From: a virus
Lineage: Duplodnaviria > Caudoviricetes
Strand: one strand, 5' to 3'
Length of the DNA: 29,199 nucleotides
Virus record (IMG/VR): IMGVR_UViG_3300039441_000233
Coordinates: 1 to 29,199 of that record
Shown here: piece by piece, positions 15,957-24,998 of the stretch
Layout of the letters: each line of letters starts with the position of its first letter
Numbering within the stretch: position 1 is the first letter of the stretch
Position numbers and translations under genes: made by a program
The notes under the pieces: model-generated
Seen by the model: the letters and a program-made list of their open reading frames with translations, nothing else
Databases searched by the model: none
Told to the model about the DNA's origin: nothing

Positions 15957-16456
15957 CAGATTTGCCCCACGATGCAGCGCGCTTTGTCCTGGATTCGGGC
16001 AACCGACCACCGCATGTCACGCCACATTTCATCGATGGTGTCCTCGATGCTGTCGGCCTTTTTATCCCCTTTGGCGCTGGCATCTACGCCCCGGTAACGC
16101 TCGTACAGCGTCGCGGTCGTCATCGAGCAAACGGCGTTGAAGTAGTGAAAAACCCGCACACTTTCGCCGTCGAGCTCATCCGTCGGCACATCCTCGAGGC
16201 GCAGGTAACCGGCGGCGAGCTGAAGGTCGCGCCAGTCGGTTAACTCGGCGTTGGTCTCGGCCATCGCGGTTTTAATCGCCCGGCGCAGACGTACCGGCGT
16301 CACGGTCTGCTCGAGGCGCATTTCTTCGCGCATGCGCTTCGGGTCAACGTCAGGGAAAAAGGCGGTGTTTTTAATCACCGGCTCCTCGACCGGCGCAGGC
16401 GGGATGACCATCTGGTCGCGCGGTTGCGTCGGGTTGTTCATCACAATCGGGGTCAT
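15956..16456 (-). CDS. L: Head completion/stabilisation protein gpL
   Basis: 'IKNTAFFPDVD', 'LYERYRGVDAS..GDKKA', 'WRDMRWSV'. Confidence 0.94.
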   Translation of the reverse strand: MTPIVMNNPTQPRDQMVIPPAPVEEPVIKNTAFFPDVDPKRMREEMRLEQTVTPVRLRRAIKTAMAETNAELTDWRDLQLAAGYLRLEDVPTDELDGESVRVFHYFNAVCSMTTATLYERYRGVDASAKGDKKADSIEDTIDEMWRDMRWSVARIQDKARCIVGQI

Positions 16457-16553
16457 GACTACCTCAGTAATTAGGTGGGCGGTGGACGCCAGTCGCAGTT
16501 GCGGTGAATCACCGACATTGACCAGCGTGCCGCCCGGCGCGGGGCGCGTTCGG

Positions 16554-17315
16554 TTAACCGGTGACTTTCTTCGGACGTCCCCGCCCTCGTTTCACCGGTG
16601 AATCTTGTTTTTTCGCGGGTGCCTTTTTCGCGGCGGCTTTCGGTGCCGCTTTTTTGACGACGACCGGCTTCGGGTTCAGTTCACGACTGAGGGTTTCAAT
16701 GTCCTTGCGAACACCGGCGTTAGTGTCGAGCTGAAGTGCGCGTTGCAGGTGTGCCAGCGCGTCAGGACGCTGACCCGCATCACGCAACGTCAGACCGGTG
16801 ACCTTATGCAGTCGGGCGCGCACTTCGTCAGGCATGTCGGCGGTATCGGTCAGGCTGATGACCTCAAGCAGCAGCACGGCGTCGACTGGCTCCCCGGCGA
16901 TACGGGCGCGGAGTGCCGCGAGCGCGACCTCTTCGGCCAGCATGTAAGGCGCGGGGCGGGAATGGTTTTCCGGCATCGACAGACCGAAACGCAGCGCATA
17001 GCGCGCAATCTCGACAGCGCCGGTGATATCCCCCGCATCCAGACGCCAGAGCATCACCGTCATCAGGATGTCATCCTGTGCGCCGGTGCCGCTTTCCAGT
17101 ACGCCAGCGACCCACGGCAGGTACAGCGGGAGTAATTCGCGTTTTTTATCCGCTTTACGTTCTTTTGAGCGAATGTCTGATAGCGTCCGGCGGTCTGCGG
17201 CCAGCTTGACGAGCATTTGCTCGTAAGCTGAGGCATGTCGCAACGGGGCGTTATCCCGTTGCGATGCCCTGATAGCCGAGACCCGCATCGCGTGACGCTG
17301 TGCGGGGGTTGCCAT
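16554..17315 (-). CDS. M: Terminase small (endonuclease) subunit gpM
   Basis: 'TPAQRH', 'GAQDDILMTVMLWRLDAGD', 'DMPDEVRARLHK', basic tail with 'RGRGRP'. Confidence 0.95.
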   Translation of the reverse strand: MATPAQRHAMRVSAIRASQRDNAPLRHASAYEQMLVKLAADRRTLSDIRSKERKADKKRELLPLYLPWVAGVLESGTGAQDDILMTVMLWRLDAGDITGAVEIARYALRFGLSMPENHSRPAPYMLAEEVALAALRARIAGEPVDAVLLLEVISLTDTADMPDEVRARLHKVTGLTLRDAGQRPDALAHLQRALQLDTNAGVRKDIETLSRELNPKPVVVKKAAPKAAAKKAPAKKQDSPVKRGRGRPKKVTG

Positions 17316-17318
17316 CGG

Positions 17319-18479
17319 TTACGCCTCCGCGCCGTCAGTGGTTTTGGTTTCAGCCGGTGCAGTGCCGGTCAGAGACTGCATCGCCTTGACCATCTCCGCC
17401 GCAAAGACTTCCGCACTCACGGGCGCCGTGGTGGCGGTTTCTTCAGGCTCGAGGATCTCGATATTTTCAATCAGACACCCTGCCTCGTAGTCCTCGATGA
17501 CGAAATCGACTTTGACCTGTTCGTAGTTCTCCACCTGATCCAGTTTCGGATTCTCGACGATATGGCGGCGGTGGCCGTCTTCGTACAGATAAATCGAAAT
17601 GTTATCGAGCGTGGTGATAAAAACGCTGTTGGCCGGGAAGAACGGCGCACGCACCGCCTGAAGCTGACCGATGGTTTTCTGGCTGATAATCAGCTCACCG
17701 GCGAGCTGTTCGCTGTTCGCCTGGAATTTGTTAATCATCGGGAAGTATTTGTCGGTCAGGATACGGCGACCACAGATAACCACCATTTCCGGGTTTTCGC
17801 GGTGAATTTCCGCGACCAGAGACTCGAAGCCATCCATCACCAGCGCGTCGAGGTTGGCGTAATGACCGCCTTTCCCCACCTTGATGGTATTGGAAATCAC
17901 GGTGCCGTCATCGTCGGTGATGGCCGACATCACACGCTCGGGCGCGTCGTTGCGGTATTTCTGCAACCAGCCGACGGCCACGTCCTGAAGTAACGGGTTT
18001 TTGGCACGGTCGGAGGTCGCCGCGCGGCTCACACCGTTAAAACCGATGGTGATGTAGTCCAGCGCCTGACGCCTGATGATGGCGTTGCGAATACGGATCT
18101 GGAAATCCTGAAAACGCGCCCACAGGTCGAGCTTGTTGTACTTCAGGTGATAGTCAAAGTTCACCGGGTGGCAGAAATAGCGGTACGCATCGAGCTTCGC
18201 GAAATCAGCGGTTTTACGCTCGACACCGCCGTCAGTGTCAGCGGTGCTGGCAATGGAGCCGGTCACATCGATACCGACTTTCTCCTCGGTCAGCTCGGAA
18301 ACGGTCACCATGTTGATGAGCTTCAGGAAGCTGGACGACTGCTGAATTTTGTCAAACAGGGTCTGCGTCACCGACGGCTCGACGGTGAATTTTTTGTTGA
18401 GATCGCTGACCGCGATGCCGTTCAGTTCGGCGATACGGCTCAGGTACTGATTGAATTTAAAACGGGTGTCTTTACGCAT
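17319..18479 (-). CDS. N: Major capsid protein gpN
   Basis: 'TRFKFNQYL', 'KFTVEPSVTQTL', 'NPLLQDVAVGWLQKYR'. Confidence 0.97.
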   Translation of the reverse strand: MRKDTRFKFNQYLSRIAELNGIAVSDLNKKFTVEPSVTQTLFDKIQQSSSFLKLINMVTVSELTEEKVGIDVTGSIASTADTDGGVERKTADFAKLDAYRYFCHPVNFDYHLKYNKLDLWARFQDFQIRIRNAIIRRQALDYITIGFNGVSRAATSDRAKNPLLQDVAVGWLQKYRNDAPERVMSAITDDDGTVISNTIKVGKGGHYANLDALVMDGFESLVAEIHRENPEMVVICGRRILTDKYFPMINKFQANSEQLAGELIISQKTIGQLQAVRAPFFPANSVFITTLDNISIYLYEDGHRRHIVENPKLDQVENYEQVKVDFVIEDYEAGCLIENIEILEPEETATTAPVSAEVFAAEMVKAMQSLTGTAPAETKTTDGAEA

Positions 18480-18510
18480 GGGTTTTGTATTCCTTCGGGT
18501 TTATCAGGGG

Positions 18511-19374
18511 TTAGCAGTCGGTCAGCGTGGAGCCTGCCGAATCACCGTCGCCACCGGCGCTTAACTTGCGACGCGGTTGCGTCTTGTCTTCGGTGTTTTC
18601 CAGCGTGATTTTGATGGTGCTGAATTGCTGCGAGGTGGCTGCGGCCTGTTCGGTCAGCGCCTTTTTGACGTCGGCGAGCTCGGTTTCAAGCTGGCTGAAA
18701 CGTACCCCGGCGCTTTCGCCGCTGGTCTGTACCTGCTCGGCGATGGCGGTCACGGCTTCGTGCACGTCACCGAATCGCGCGTCGTCGCTGGCCTGTTTGC
18801 GGCTGAAGATGCTTTTTACGGTGTCGCTCAGACGGGTGATGATGGTGTCGGGCTGGTCTTCGAATTCCAGTTCGGCAAGGGTCGCCACAGAGAACAGGTC
18901 ACCGGGCTGGTCTTTCTTCCCGGCCAGCGGGTTTTGCTGTGCGTTTGAGCAGAATTGCAGGTATTCGGTGCCGAGGCTTGCCGGGTCGTCGGTCACCGCC
19001 AGCCCGATGAGGTGGCATTTGCCGGTGTTGGCGAAGTTCGGGCGGATCTCCATCGAGGTGTAAACCTTCTGGCCTTTCGCCACCATCGCGACCAGATTGT
19101 CGAGCGGCGCGATTTTACCGAACAGCGCCAGCTTGCCGTTGAGCGCCGAATCGTCGTCGATCACTTCCGCTTTCACTTCCACCACATCGCCATAACGGCA
19201 AAACGGGGTGTCAGGAATAACGCTGCGGATATGCTCGAGGTTGATACGACAGCCGTAGACGCGCGGGTCAAAACCGTCGGCCATTTCCTGAATATCGGTT
19301 GCACTGATGACGCGACCGTCGCAGGTGTCACCCTCGACGCCGATGCGAAACCATTTCGAAACTTTTTTAGCCAT
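18511..19374 (-). CDS. O: Capsid scaffolding protein/protease gpO
   Basis: 'KWFRIGVEGDTCDGR', 'RINLEH', 'QKVYTSME', 'GLAVTDDPASLGTE'. Confidence 0.97.
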   Translation of the reverse strand: MAKKVSKWFRIGVEGDTCDGRVISATDIQEMADGFDPRVYGCRINLEHIRSVIPDTPFCRYGDVVEVKAEVIDDDSALNGKLALFGKIAPLDNLVAMVAKGQKVYTSMEIRPNFANTGKCHLIGLAVTDDPASLGTEYLQFCSNAQQNPLAGKKDQPGDLFSVATLAELEFEDQPDTIITRLSDTVKSIFSRKQASDDARFGDVHEAVTAIAEQVQTSGESAGVRFSQLETELADVKKALTEQAAATSQQFSTIKITLENTEDKTQPRRKLSAGGDGDSAGSTLTDC

Positions 19375-19452
19375 GAGTCAGGTGTCCTGAGTTGGGTTAT
19401 CGGGTCGGATGTAGTTTCCCGACTCAGCCCCTCGCCAGCCACCGGTTACAGA

Positions 19453-19472
19453 AGTGCACCCCCTGACACAAC
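19453..19472. promoter_or_regulatory. Ogr/B-family activator site in the divergent O/P late promoter region
   Basis: AGT-GCACCCCCTGAC-ACA (one mismatch to TGT-N12-ACA), near the middle of the 164-bp O-P intergenic region. Confidence 0.7.
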
Positions 19473-19538
19473 AGGGGTTTAGCGATTCATCCCCCCTGAA
19501 TCTTTAGCCTTGCCGTGTACTCATCACAGTGAGGTTTT

Positions 19539-21308
19539 ATGACCACTACCACCGACACATCACTACTCAGCGACCCGCGACGACAGGCCGCGCTTTTGTT
19601 CTGGCAGGGCTATTCCGTGCCACAAATTTCGGAGCAGTTGCAGGTCAAGCGCCCCACGGTGCAGAGCTGGAAACAGCGGGATAAATGGGAAGAGACCGCC
19701 CCGTTAAACCGGGTCGAATTCACGCTCGAGGCGCGGCTGATTCAGCTCTACGCTAAGCCTGACCTGACAGCACACGACTTTAAGGTCGCGGATTTTCTGG
19801 CACGCCAGATGGAGCGCCTCGCGCGGGTTAACCGCTACGGCCAGACCGGCAACGAAGCGGATTTAAACCCGAAGGTGGCCAACCGCAACAAAGGGGAAAA
19901 GAAGAAACCGAAAAAGAACTTTTTCAGCGACGAGGCTATCGAAAAACTCGAAGAGATTTTCCTCGACCAGTCTTTCGACTATCAGCTCGAGTGGTGGCGC
20001 GCGGGGCTGGCGCACCGCATCCGGCACATCCTGAAATCGCGTCAGATTGGCGCGACGTTCTACTTTGCGCGTGAAGCGCTGTTGCAGGCGCTGAAGACCG
20101 GCCACAACCAGATTTTTTTATCAGCCAGTAAGACGCAGGCCTATGTATTCCGAAAATACATCATCGCCTTTGCCCGACAGGTCGGCGTCGAGCTCACCGG
20201 CGACCCGATTGTGCTCGGGAACAACGGCGCGGAGCTGATGTTTCTCGGCACCAATGCCAACACGGCACAGAGCCACAACGGCGACCTGTATGTCGACGAA
20301 ATTTTCTGGATACCGAATTTTCAGAAGCTGAAGCGCGTCGCCGGTGGCATGTCGTCACAGGAGCACTTGCGCACGACCTATTTCTCGACCCCGTCGTCGC
20401 TGGCACACGGTGCCTATCCGTTCTGGTCGGGTGAGCAGTTCAACAAGGGGCGTTCAGACAAGAGCGAGCGCGTCGATATCGATATCAGTCACGCCGCACT
20501 GGCGAAGGGCGTCGCCTGTCCTGACGGCCAGTGGCGGCAGATTGTCACCATCGAGGACGCGCTCGCCAAAGGGTGCACCCTGTTTAACATCGATACGCTG
20601 AAGCGCGAGAACAGCGTCGATGAGTTCCGCAACCTGTTTATGTGCGAGTTCGTCGACGATAAAGCGTCGGTCTTCCCGTTCGAAGAACTCCAGCGTTGCA
20701 TGGTCGACAGCCTCGAAAAATGGGAGGACTACCAGCCCTTCGCCGACCGGCCATTCGGTCACCGCCCGGTGTGGATTGGTTACGACCCGTCACTGCGTGG
20801 CGACAGCGCCGGTTGCGTCGTCATCGCACCGCCGGTGGTCGCCGGTGGCCGGTTCCGAATCCTCGAGCGTCATCAGTGGAAAGGGATGGATTTTGCCCAA
20901 CAGGCCGAATCCATTCGCGAGCTCACGCAGAAATACACCGTCGAATACATCGGCATCGATGCGACCGGGCTCGGTCAGGGGGTCTTCCAGCTCGTGCGCT
21001 CGTTCTACCCGGCAGCGCGTGAAATCCGCTACACGCCGGAAATGAAAACCGCGATGGTGCTGAAAGCAAAAGACACCATTCGCCGCGGTTGCCTCGAGTA
21101 CGACGTCAGCGCGACCGACCTCACGCAGTCGTTTATGTCGATTCGTAAAACCATGACCAGCAGCGGCCGCAGCTCGACCTATGAGGCCAGCCGCACCGAG
21201 GAAGCCAGTCACGCAGACCTCGCGTGGGCAACCATGCACGTATTAATCAATGAGCCGCTGACCGCCGCGACCGGCGAACAGTCATCCAGCATTATGGAGT
21301 GGAACTGA
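19539..21308 (+). CDS. P: Terminase large (ATPase) subunit gpP
   Basis: 589 aa; 'ILKSRQIGATFYFA', 'LYVDE', 'WIGYDP', 'HADLAWA'. Confidence 0.97.
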   Translation: MTTTTDTSLLSDPRRQAALLFWQGYSVPQISEQLQVKRPTVQSWKQRDKWEETAPLNRVEFTLEARLIQLYAKPDLTAHDFKVADFLARQMERLARVNRYGQTGNEADLNPKVANRNKGEKKKPKKNFFSDEAIEKLEEIFLDQSFDYQLEWWRAGLAHRIRHILKSRQIGATFYFAREALLQALKTGHNQIFLSASKTQAYVFRKYIIAFARQVGVELTGDPIVLGNNGAELMFLGTNANTAQSHNGDLYVDEIFWIPNFQKLKRVAGGMSSQEHLRTTYFSTPSSLAHGAYPFWSGEQFNKGRSDKSERVDIDISHAALAKGVACPDGQWRQIVTIEDALAKGCTLFNIDTLKRENSVDEFRNLFMCEFVDDKASVFPFEELQRCMVDSLEKWEDYQPFADRPFGHRPVWIGYDPSLRGDSAGCVVIAPPVVAGGRFRILERHQWKGMDFAQQAESIRELTQKYTVEYIGIDATGLGQGVFQLVRSFYPAAREIRYTPEMKTAMVLKAKDTIRRGCLEYDVSATDLTQSFMSIRKTMTSSGRSSTYEASRTEEASHADLAWATMHVLINEPLTAATGEQSSSIMEWN

Positions 21309-22345
21309 TGAGCAAGAAACGCAACAAGCGCCAGCAGCCGCCGCGCACCGAAAATCACACCGCCGCACCGGCACAGAGCATGGAAGCGTTCACCTTCGGC
21401 GAACCGACGCCGGTACTCGATCGCCGCGACATTCTCGATTATGTGGAGTGTATCGATAACGGTCAGTGGTACGAGCCGCCGGTGAGTTTCTCCGGGCTGG
21501 CGAAGAGCATGCGCGCCGCCGTTCACCACAGCTCACCGATTTACGTGAAGCGTAATATTCTGGTGTCGACCTACATCCCGCACCCGCTGTTATCCCGTCA
21601 GGACTTCACCCGGTTCGCACTCGATTATCTGGTGTTTGGTAATGCGTTTATCGAAGAGCGTCGCAGCCTGACCGGCAAGCCGTTAAAGCTGGAAACCTCA
21701 CCGGCGAAATACACCCGCCGTGGCATCGAGGATGATGTGTACTGGTATATTCAGAGCTACACACAGCCGCACCAGTTCGCGCCCGGTTCCGTTTTTCACC
21801 TGCTCGAGCCCGATATTAATCAGGAGCTCTACGGGATGCCGGAATACCTGAGCGCGCTCAATTCAGCCTGGCTGAATGAGTCTGCGACACTGTTCCGCCG
21901 CAAGTATTACCAGAACGGCGCCCATGCCGGGTACATCATGTACGTGACCGACGCGGCACAAAGCAGCACCGACGTCGAGGCACTGCGAAAGGCGATGCGT
22001 GACTCGAAAGGACTCGGCAATTTTAAGAATCTGTTTTTCTACGCGCCGCACGGTAAACCGGACGGGATTAAAATTGTGCCGCTGAGCGAAGTCGCGACGA
22101 AAGATGATTTTTTTAACATCAAGAAAGTCAGCGCCGCTGACCTGCTTGACGCACACCGTATCCCGTTCCAGTTGATGGGCGGCAAGCCGGAGAACGTCGG
22201 CTCAGTGGGCGACGTTGAGAAAGTGGCAAAGGTCTTTGTGCGTAACGAGCTTACGCCGCTACAGGCGCGCTTCATGGAGCTGAACGAGTGGGCGGGTGAA
22301 GAGATTATCCGCTTCGAAAAATACACGCTGGATCCCGCCGAATAA
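21308..22345 (+). CDS. Q: Portal protein gpQ
   Basis: 'EAFTFGEP', 'YGMPEYLSALNSAWLNESATLFRRKYYQNGAHAG'; ATG 21308 coupled (TGATG) to P. Confidence 0.97.
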   Translation: MSKKRNKRQQPPRTENHTAAPAQSMEAFTFGEPTPVLDRRDILDYVECIDNGQWYEPPVSFSGLAKSMRAAVHHSSPIYVKRNILVSTYIPHPLLSRQDFTRFALDYLVFGNAFIEERRSLTGKPLKLETSPAKYTRRGIEDDVYWYIQSYTQPHQFAPGSVFHLLEPDINQELYGMPEYLSALNSAWLNESATLFRRKYYQNGAHAGYIMYVTDAAQSSTDVEALRKAMRDSKGLGNFKNLFFYAPHGKPDGIKIVPLSEVATKDDFFNIKKVSAADLLDAHRIPFQLMGGKPENVGSVGDVEKVAKVFVRNELTPLQARFMELNEWAGEEIIRFEKYTLDPAE

Positions 22346-22356
22346 TCACACCCTAC

Positions 22357-22377
22357 GCCGCCCGTCGTGGCGGCTTT
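22357..22377 (+). terminator. Probable terminator of the P-Q operon
   Basis: GCCGCC-CGTCGT-GGCGGC-TTT, 11 bp after the Q stop; short U-tract. Confidence 0.55.
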
Positions 22378-22521
22378 ACCCCCACCTCACACAACGTCCT
22401 CAGCGCCACGACACGCCGTCGCCGCTTCACCGCACCTCATTACTCACCCGAGACCACGACAACGCCACAGGGACGCGCTCAGGCGCTGAATAAATAAATT
22501 AAATACCCGCCTCAGTGCGCA

Positions 22522-22540
22522 ATGCTTACCCCGCCACGCC
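22522..22540. other. cos: cos site (19-nt cohesive end)
   Basis: ATGCTTACCCCGCCACGCC (rc GGCGTGGCGGGGTAAGCAT), one mismatch to the 186 cohesive end as recalled; followed by the P2-type flank TGCCCGCTTC..GGGGCGGTTTTAATGCA. Confidence 0.9.
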
Positions 22541-22735
22541 TGCCCGCTTCAGGGGGCGGTTTTAATGCAATTGCATGAGAGCGACGCATAGAGATATCAT
22601 GGGAGCTTAGGTGATAAAAACTACATTCCTTACTGCATGCGTTTTGATGCGAGATAATATTGCAGCAGACTCTGTAGGTTTTGTGACTAATATTGGGTAT
22701 TACACACCTTAAGACCTGTACTGGTGGGGGAACGA

Positions 22736-23932
22736 ATGTCAGAACATTTTATTGAGTATGATGAGCAGGCTGAAAACGAAGACGATGTTGAGCTAGTCGA
22801 GGGAACTGACTTCTCTGCTGCTGTAGTTAGCGGCACCGACTGGACAACGGAAACTATTATTAACCAAATTAATAAAAACAATATTCAGCTTAATCCTGAT
22901 TTTCAGCGACGCGATGCGTGGGATAAATCAAGAAAAAGTAATTTCATTGAGTCATTGATATTAGGTTTGCCAATACCACAGTTAGTTTTAGCTGAAAGAA
23001 AGGAGCAAAGAGGTGCATATATAGTCCTTGATGGGAAACAACGATTGTTAAGTATCCGTCAATTTGCAGCAGAAAAAGACGATGAAATTTATGAGCCCCT
23101 AAAGTTAAGCGGTTTAGAGATTAGAACGGACCTCAAAGGAAAAAATCTGCACGACCTTAAAGAGGATGCTGGTTATTATAATGATGTAGCGGCGTTTGAG
23201 AATCAACCAATAAGAACTGTTGTAATTAAAAACTGGCCGAGTGAAGAATTTCTTTATCATGTGTTTTTGCGTCTTAACACTGGCAGTGTCCAATTGGCAC
23301 CTCAAGAGCTACGGCAAGCCCTTCATCCCGGACCTTTTGTTTCCTTTATCGATGCTTGTGCTCCAGATAACAAAGCAATTATCAATATATTGAAGCTAAA
23401 GAAACCTGATTTCCGTATGCGTGATAATGAATTGTTATTGAGATACTATGCTCTCAAAAATTTCCTTCCGGATTACGCAGGAGATCTTAAGAAGTTCTTA
23501 GATAATACATGTTTGAATTTTAATAGGGATTGGGCGCGTGTTGAAAGTATGGTGATAGAGCACTTTGAACAGCTGAATTTTGCCCATGAAGCAATATTGA
23601 AAGTTTTTGATACTAACAGTTATAGAAAGTGGTTTGCTGGCGATTATGAAAGGAAATTCAACAGAGCTATTTTTGATATAATGACACTCTCTTTTTCTCA
23701 TTCAGAAGTTAGAACTGCTACTATCGGCAGAGAAGCTGAGGTTGAGGCGCTTTTTAAAAGGCTTTGTCATGATAACTATAGCTTCCTTTCGTCGATTGAA
23801 ACTACAACGAAAAGCTTAAAATCAACATACACTAGAATTTCAGTATGGTTTAATGAGCTTAATGTACTGCTAAATACTAAATTGCCAACTCTCGAATTTG
23901 ATGAGGCTGCTAATAGAATAAAAGTGGTGTGA
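22736..23932 (+). CDS. DUF262 (GmrS/ParB-like) domain protein; putative defence sensor/NTPase
   Basis: 'LNPDFQRRDAW', 'FIESLILGLPIP', 'VLDGKQRLLSI', 'VFLRLNTG..L..QELR' are DUF262 motifs. AT-rich; ATG 22736 after GGTGGGGG (GTG 22724 is an alternative). Confidence 0.9.
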   Translation: MSEHFIEYDEQAENEDDVELVEGTDFSAAVVSGTDWTTETIINQINKNNIQLNPDFQRRDAWDKSRKSNFIESLILGLPIPQLVLAERKEQRGAYIVLDGKQRLLSIRQFAAEKDDEIYEPLKLSGLEIRTDLKGKNLHDLKEDAGYYNDVAAFENQPIRTVVIKNWPSEEFLYHVFLRLNTGSVQLAPQELRQALHPGPFVSFIDACAPDNKAIINILKLKKPDFRMRDNELLLRYYALKNFLPDYAGDLKKFLDNTCLNFNRDWARVESMVIEHFEQLNFAHEAILKVFDTNSYRKWFAGDYERKFNRAIFDIMTLSFSHSEVRTATIGREAEVEALFKRLCHDNYSFLSSIETTTKSLKSTYTRISVWFNELNVLLNTKLPTLEFDEAANRIKVV

Positions 23933-24582
23933 TTATGGCAGAGTCTGAGCGTTTTACTGCATTGCAGGAAAGATTGGGTGAGTTAAGGAGACACTTACTT
24001 CCTGCTGAGTTTTCTCCTATTGGTGAATACGAATCTATGCAGCTAGATATGGCAAAGGGCTACCGCTTGTTGACCCATGCTGAGTTTGAATCTTATCTGG
24101 AGGATATTTCTAAAGGTACTGTGCTATATGCTTTGCAGCAATGGAATAGAAATAAAGTACCGTCTATGACGATTGTGTCATTTCTTGCCGCGTATCATAG
24201 TTGCTGGTCTGTTGGTGATGAACAAAGCAACCAAGAGCTAATTGACTTATCCCGGGCAAGAACTAACCCAAAAGATTCTCTAAGTGAAATCATGAATATT
24301 GCTAGCAAGCAATTCATAAATAAAATTAGCTCGAATCATGGGATTAAGGCAAAAAACTTCAAATCATTAATATTACCAACAGGTGTTGACATTGATGAGC
24401 TTGAACCTCAGATGTTACCAAAATTAGATAGCTTTGGTTCGAAGCGTGGTGAGATAGCTCATTTGTCTGCAAAGGTTAATCAGCAAATAAATCCTAAGGA
24501 TGAATTGGATGATGTTAACTTTATATTGGATTGCTTTCGTGAGTTAGATCAAAAATTAGTTATGATAAAAGAAGGGATGTAA
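23929..24582 (+). CDS. HEPN-domain protein (RiboL-PSP/MAE_28990-like), putative RNase effector
   Basis: Predominantly helical-looking 217 aa; 'LLTHAEFESYLE' N-terminal motif and R-X4-H 'RGEIAH'; GTGA overlap with the DUF262 gene. Confidence 0.8.
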   Translation: MIMAESERFTALQERLGELRRHLLPAEFSPIGEYESMQLDMAKGYRLLTHAEFESYLEDISKGTVLYALQQWNRNKVPSMTIVSFLAAYHSCWSVGDEQSNQELIDLSRARTNPKDSLSEIMNIASKQFINKISSNHGIKAKNFKSLILPTGVDIDELEPQMLPKLDSFGSKRGEIAHLSAKVNQQINPKDELDDVNFILDCFRELDQKLVMIKEGM

Positions 24583-24587
24583 ATTGT

Positions 24588-24618
24588 AAGCCATGTATTT
24601 TTTACATGGCTTTTCTTT
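24588..24618 (+). terminator. Intrinsic terminator after the HEPN gene (possibly bidirectional)
   Basis: AAGCCATGTA-TTTTT-TACATGGCTT perfect 10-bp stem then TTCTTT; lies between two convergent stops (24582, 24625). Confidence 0.8.
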
Positions 24619-24624
24619 AAAACA

Positions 24625-24810
24625 TTATTCTATACGATGAAATAAATCCTCATCATTGTTGCTTTCATTTTCTCTGTTTGCAAGGTCAGCAATGAGAGTG
24701 AGTGCGAGCTTTAAGTCTGCTGGTTTGCAGTTTGCAATCAGAGATACCTCGGCAATAAATTGCACACAAGCCCACTTTTGCTGCGTTCGGCTGAAATGCT
24801 CCCCAAACAT
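24625..24810 (-). CDS. Short Tum/TumA-like SOS-induced antirepressor candidate (61 aa)
   Basis: Directly after A as for 186 tum; LexA box 20 bp upstream; RBS GGGAGG; 'VQFIAEV..C...DLKLALTLIADLA' resembles the 186 Tum N-terminus as recalled. Confidence 0.65.
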   Translation of the reverse strand: MFGEHFSRTQQKWACVQFIAEVSLIANCKPADLKLALTLIADLANRENESNNDEDLFHRIE

Positions 24811-24830
24811 GAAATCCCTCCCAATATGGT

Positions 24831-24850
24831 TACTGTATATTTATACAGTA
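24831..24850. promoter_or_regulatory. LexA (SOS) box overlapping the -10 of a leftward promoter
   Basis: TACTGTATATTTATACAGTA, 19/20 match to TACTG(TA)5CAGTA. Minus-strand promoter TTCCCA (24874-24869)-18 bp-TACTGT (24850-24845) with a TGn extension. Confidence 0.93.
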
Positions 24851-24998
24851 TCACGTATTGATAAAAGATGGGAAGAAAAAAATGAAACGCGCAGGTGCTG
24901 TATGTTTATGATATGGATACGAATTACCCAGATGATAGTTTTGATATTTCACCCAGACCAGCAACACGTTTGAGGATTCTCCTGGCCTTAGCCTGATG

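Noticed and set aside
16554-16670. Lys/Ala/Pro-rich, AT-hook-like tail of gpM
   Set aside because: Basic low-complexity tails are usual for P2-family gpM; not evidence of a new function.
270-22493. Many alternative-frame and antisense ORFs of 60-200 aa within structural genes
   Set aside because: They overlap well-recognised phage genes, lack motifs and RBSs, and are expected shadows of GC-rich coding DNA. Only lysC and E' are accepted overlaps.
22580-22735. Sigma70 promoter for the DUF262-HEPN operon
   Set aside because: One is expected, but I could not find a convincingly spaced -35/-10 pair by eye.
24896-24915. Second LexA box (CTGTATGTTTATGATA)
   Set aside because: Only the left half matches; the required CAG is missing.
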